DNA of 27,608 nucleotides from an uncultured bacterium (GTDB lineage Bacteria; Gemmatimonadota; Gemmatimonadetes; Gemmatimonadales; Gemmatimonadaceae): NCBI GenBank assembly GCA_963978095.1, contig CAXBQP010000044.1, positions 1 to 27,608 of the forward strand, read 5' to 3'. Shown piece by piece: positions 26,428 to 27,608 of this stretch (position 1 is its first letter; each line of letters starts with the position of its first letter). The notes under the pieces were generated by a model. It saw only the letters and a program-made list of their open reading frames with translations, ran no database searches and was not told where the DNA came from. The position numbers and the translations under genes were made by a program.

Positions 26428-26715
26428 ATGCGTATTCGCACCACGCTGACGGCGCTCGCTGCGCTCGCCCTCTTCGCCGCTGTTCCGGCCACTGCCCGCG
26501 CCCAGAGCACCGGCGGCGGCACCACCACCGGCACGCCGACCAAGAAGCATCGTCCGGCCCCGACGGCGGAGCAGAAGGCTTATGCCAAGGCGCTCCGCGC
26601 CGAGCAGAAGTCGCTCCACGACCAGGTCAAGGCCGGGACGCTGACCAAGAAATCCGCCGCCGACCAGCTTAAGGCCTGGCGCGAAGCCAACAAGCCCGCC
26701 ACCAAGACGCCGTAA
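26428..26715 (+). CDS. Small exported Lys/Ala-rich helical hypothetical protein
   Basis: GGAGGAG ribosome-binding site, signal peptide ending ARA/Q, typical GC3-rich codons. Confidence 0.8.
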   Translation: MRIRTTLTALAALALFAAVPATARAQSTGGGTTTGTPTKKHRPAPTAEQKAYAKALRAEQKSLHDQVKAGTLTKKSAADQLKAWREANKPATKTP

Positions 26716-26718
26716 GTG

Positions 26719-27608
26719 ATGTCCGAGCGTCGGTCACGCCTCGGCGTGCTGGCCCGCTCCGGAGCAGGGACGATCGTCGCGGCCCTTTGGGTCGCGGCGA
26801 TTGTCGTTCCGTGGCAAGCATTGGCGGCGCAGGATTCCACCGCCAAAGCCAACGTTCCGCCAGCCGGCCCGAAGACGAACGTCTCCTTCCAGCTCGGCAC
26901 CCGCGGCTATACCATCGGCGGCTCCAAGGTCAGCGAGCAGACCGGCAATGTCTCGTACGAGTACCGAACCGCGCAGTGGGGACTCGGTGTCGACGGCTCG
27001 TCGCTGCAGTATGGAGCACTCGGGCGCACCATCTCGGGAACCGGCAATGCCAATGTGCGCTTCGACTACATGCTGCGGCCCGGCGACTCGCTTATGGTGT
27101 ACGGACGGAGCGGAAGCCACCCCGCGACTCTGGACTCGCTGCAGGTCAACGCAATCGGCGTGGCCGGCGGTTCGTTGGTCGACGTCCAAGCCAACAGCCT
27201 CGGCGCCCCGTCCATGTTCGGCGGACGCGCGGTCTTCTCGTATCCCGTCGGAAATCTGGTGCTCAATCTTCGCGGAGCGATCGAGACGGAAAGCCAGCCC
27301 GCAGCCACCCAAGAGGTCTACTGGCGCGGTACCACCTGGGCCGTAGGCTCCACGCTGTATGGGAACATCGGCAAAGGGCAGCTCGCCGCGATGGTGGACA
27401 TTTCGTCGAGCAGCGCCGATTCCCTCGGCGGCAAGAATCTGTACCCTGGCGGCGGTGAGACCACCGTCCGACTGGAGTTGCACCTGCCCATCGACAATCC
27501 CTCCGATTCCACCGGCGATGACTGGGACAGCTCCTTCTCGGCTTGGTACACGTCGCCGTTCGGTGCCACCCGCGCCGACCAGCCGAATCGCCTGCTGCCG
27601 CTGGGGAA
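26719..27608 (+). CDS. Exported hypothetical protein, probably beta-rich (outer-membrane barrel-like); truncated by the window end and absent from the ORF track
   Basis: Open frame from the ATG at 26719 to the end: MSERRSRLGVLARSGAGTIVAALWVAAIVVPWQALAAQD...NVSFQLGTRGY...NVSYEYRT...NVRFDYML...RAVFSYPV...TVRLELHL. It has a signal peptide and alternating amphipathic strands. Confidence 0.75.
   Translation, partial: MSERRSRLGVLARSGAGTIVAALWVAAIVVPWQALAAQDSTAKANVPPAGPKTNVSFQLGTRGYTIGGSKVSEQTGNVSYEYRTAQWGLGVDGSSLQYGALGRTISGTGNANVRFDYMLRPGDSLMVYGRSGSHPATLDSLQVNAIGVAGGSLVDVQANSLGAPSMFGGRAVFSYPVGNLVLNLRGAIETESQPAATQEVYWRGTTWAVGSTLYGNIGKGQLAAMVDISSSSADSLGGKNLYPGGGETTVRLELHLPIDNPSDSTGDDWDSSFSAWYTSPFGATRADQPNRLLPLG

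Noticed and set aside
26787..27458. 223-aa and 181-aa + strand ORFs from the track
   Set aside because: They are off-frame to the better open frame starting at 26719, which has a signal peptide and runs off the window.
1..27608. CRISPR array, tRNA/rRNA, IS or prophage genes
   Set aside because: No regularly spaced repeats, RNA gene signatures or mobility genes were recognised by eye.

Overview
High-GC bacterial window. Gene content and style (SusC/SusD pair, DUF5117-type metalloprotease, GGRG-rich exported proteins) suggest Gemmatimonadota; this is an inference. Left to right: a PBP2/FtsI-like fragment that breaks off into an ABC ATPase on the opposite strand (probable chimeric junction); a stand-alone soxCD-like sulfite dehydrogenase pair; an EcxA/DUF5117-type zinc metalloprotease; a GT87 membrane glycosyltransferase; a FIST protein plus hybrid histidine kinase; a Tat amidase; an ankyrin protein; a beta-lactamase-family serine hydrolase; an alpha/beta-hydrolase-caspase (C14) fusion; a GH27 alpha-galactosidase; a Tat-lipoprotein acetamidase/formamidase; an exported cyanophycinase-like peptidase fused to a degenerate beta-lactamase-fold domain; an atypical gamma-glutamyltransferase; a SusC/SusD pair; and two exported hypothetical proteins. 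I recognised no rRNA, tRNA, CRISPR array or mobile element. The best leads are (1) the lipase-like/caspase two-enzyme fusion, a candidate self-activating conflict or cell-death effector, and (2) a SusCD-linked cluster of exported non-standard amide/isopeptide hydrolases with remodelled active sites. All calls come from motif reading by eye; no database search was run.
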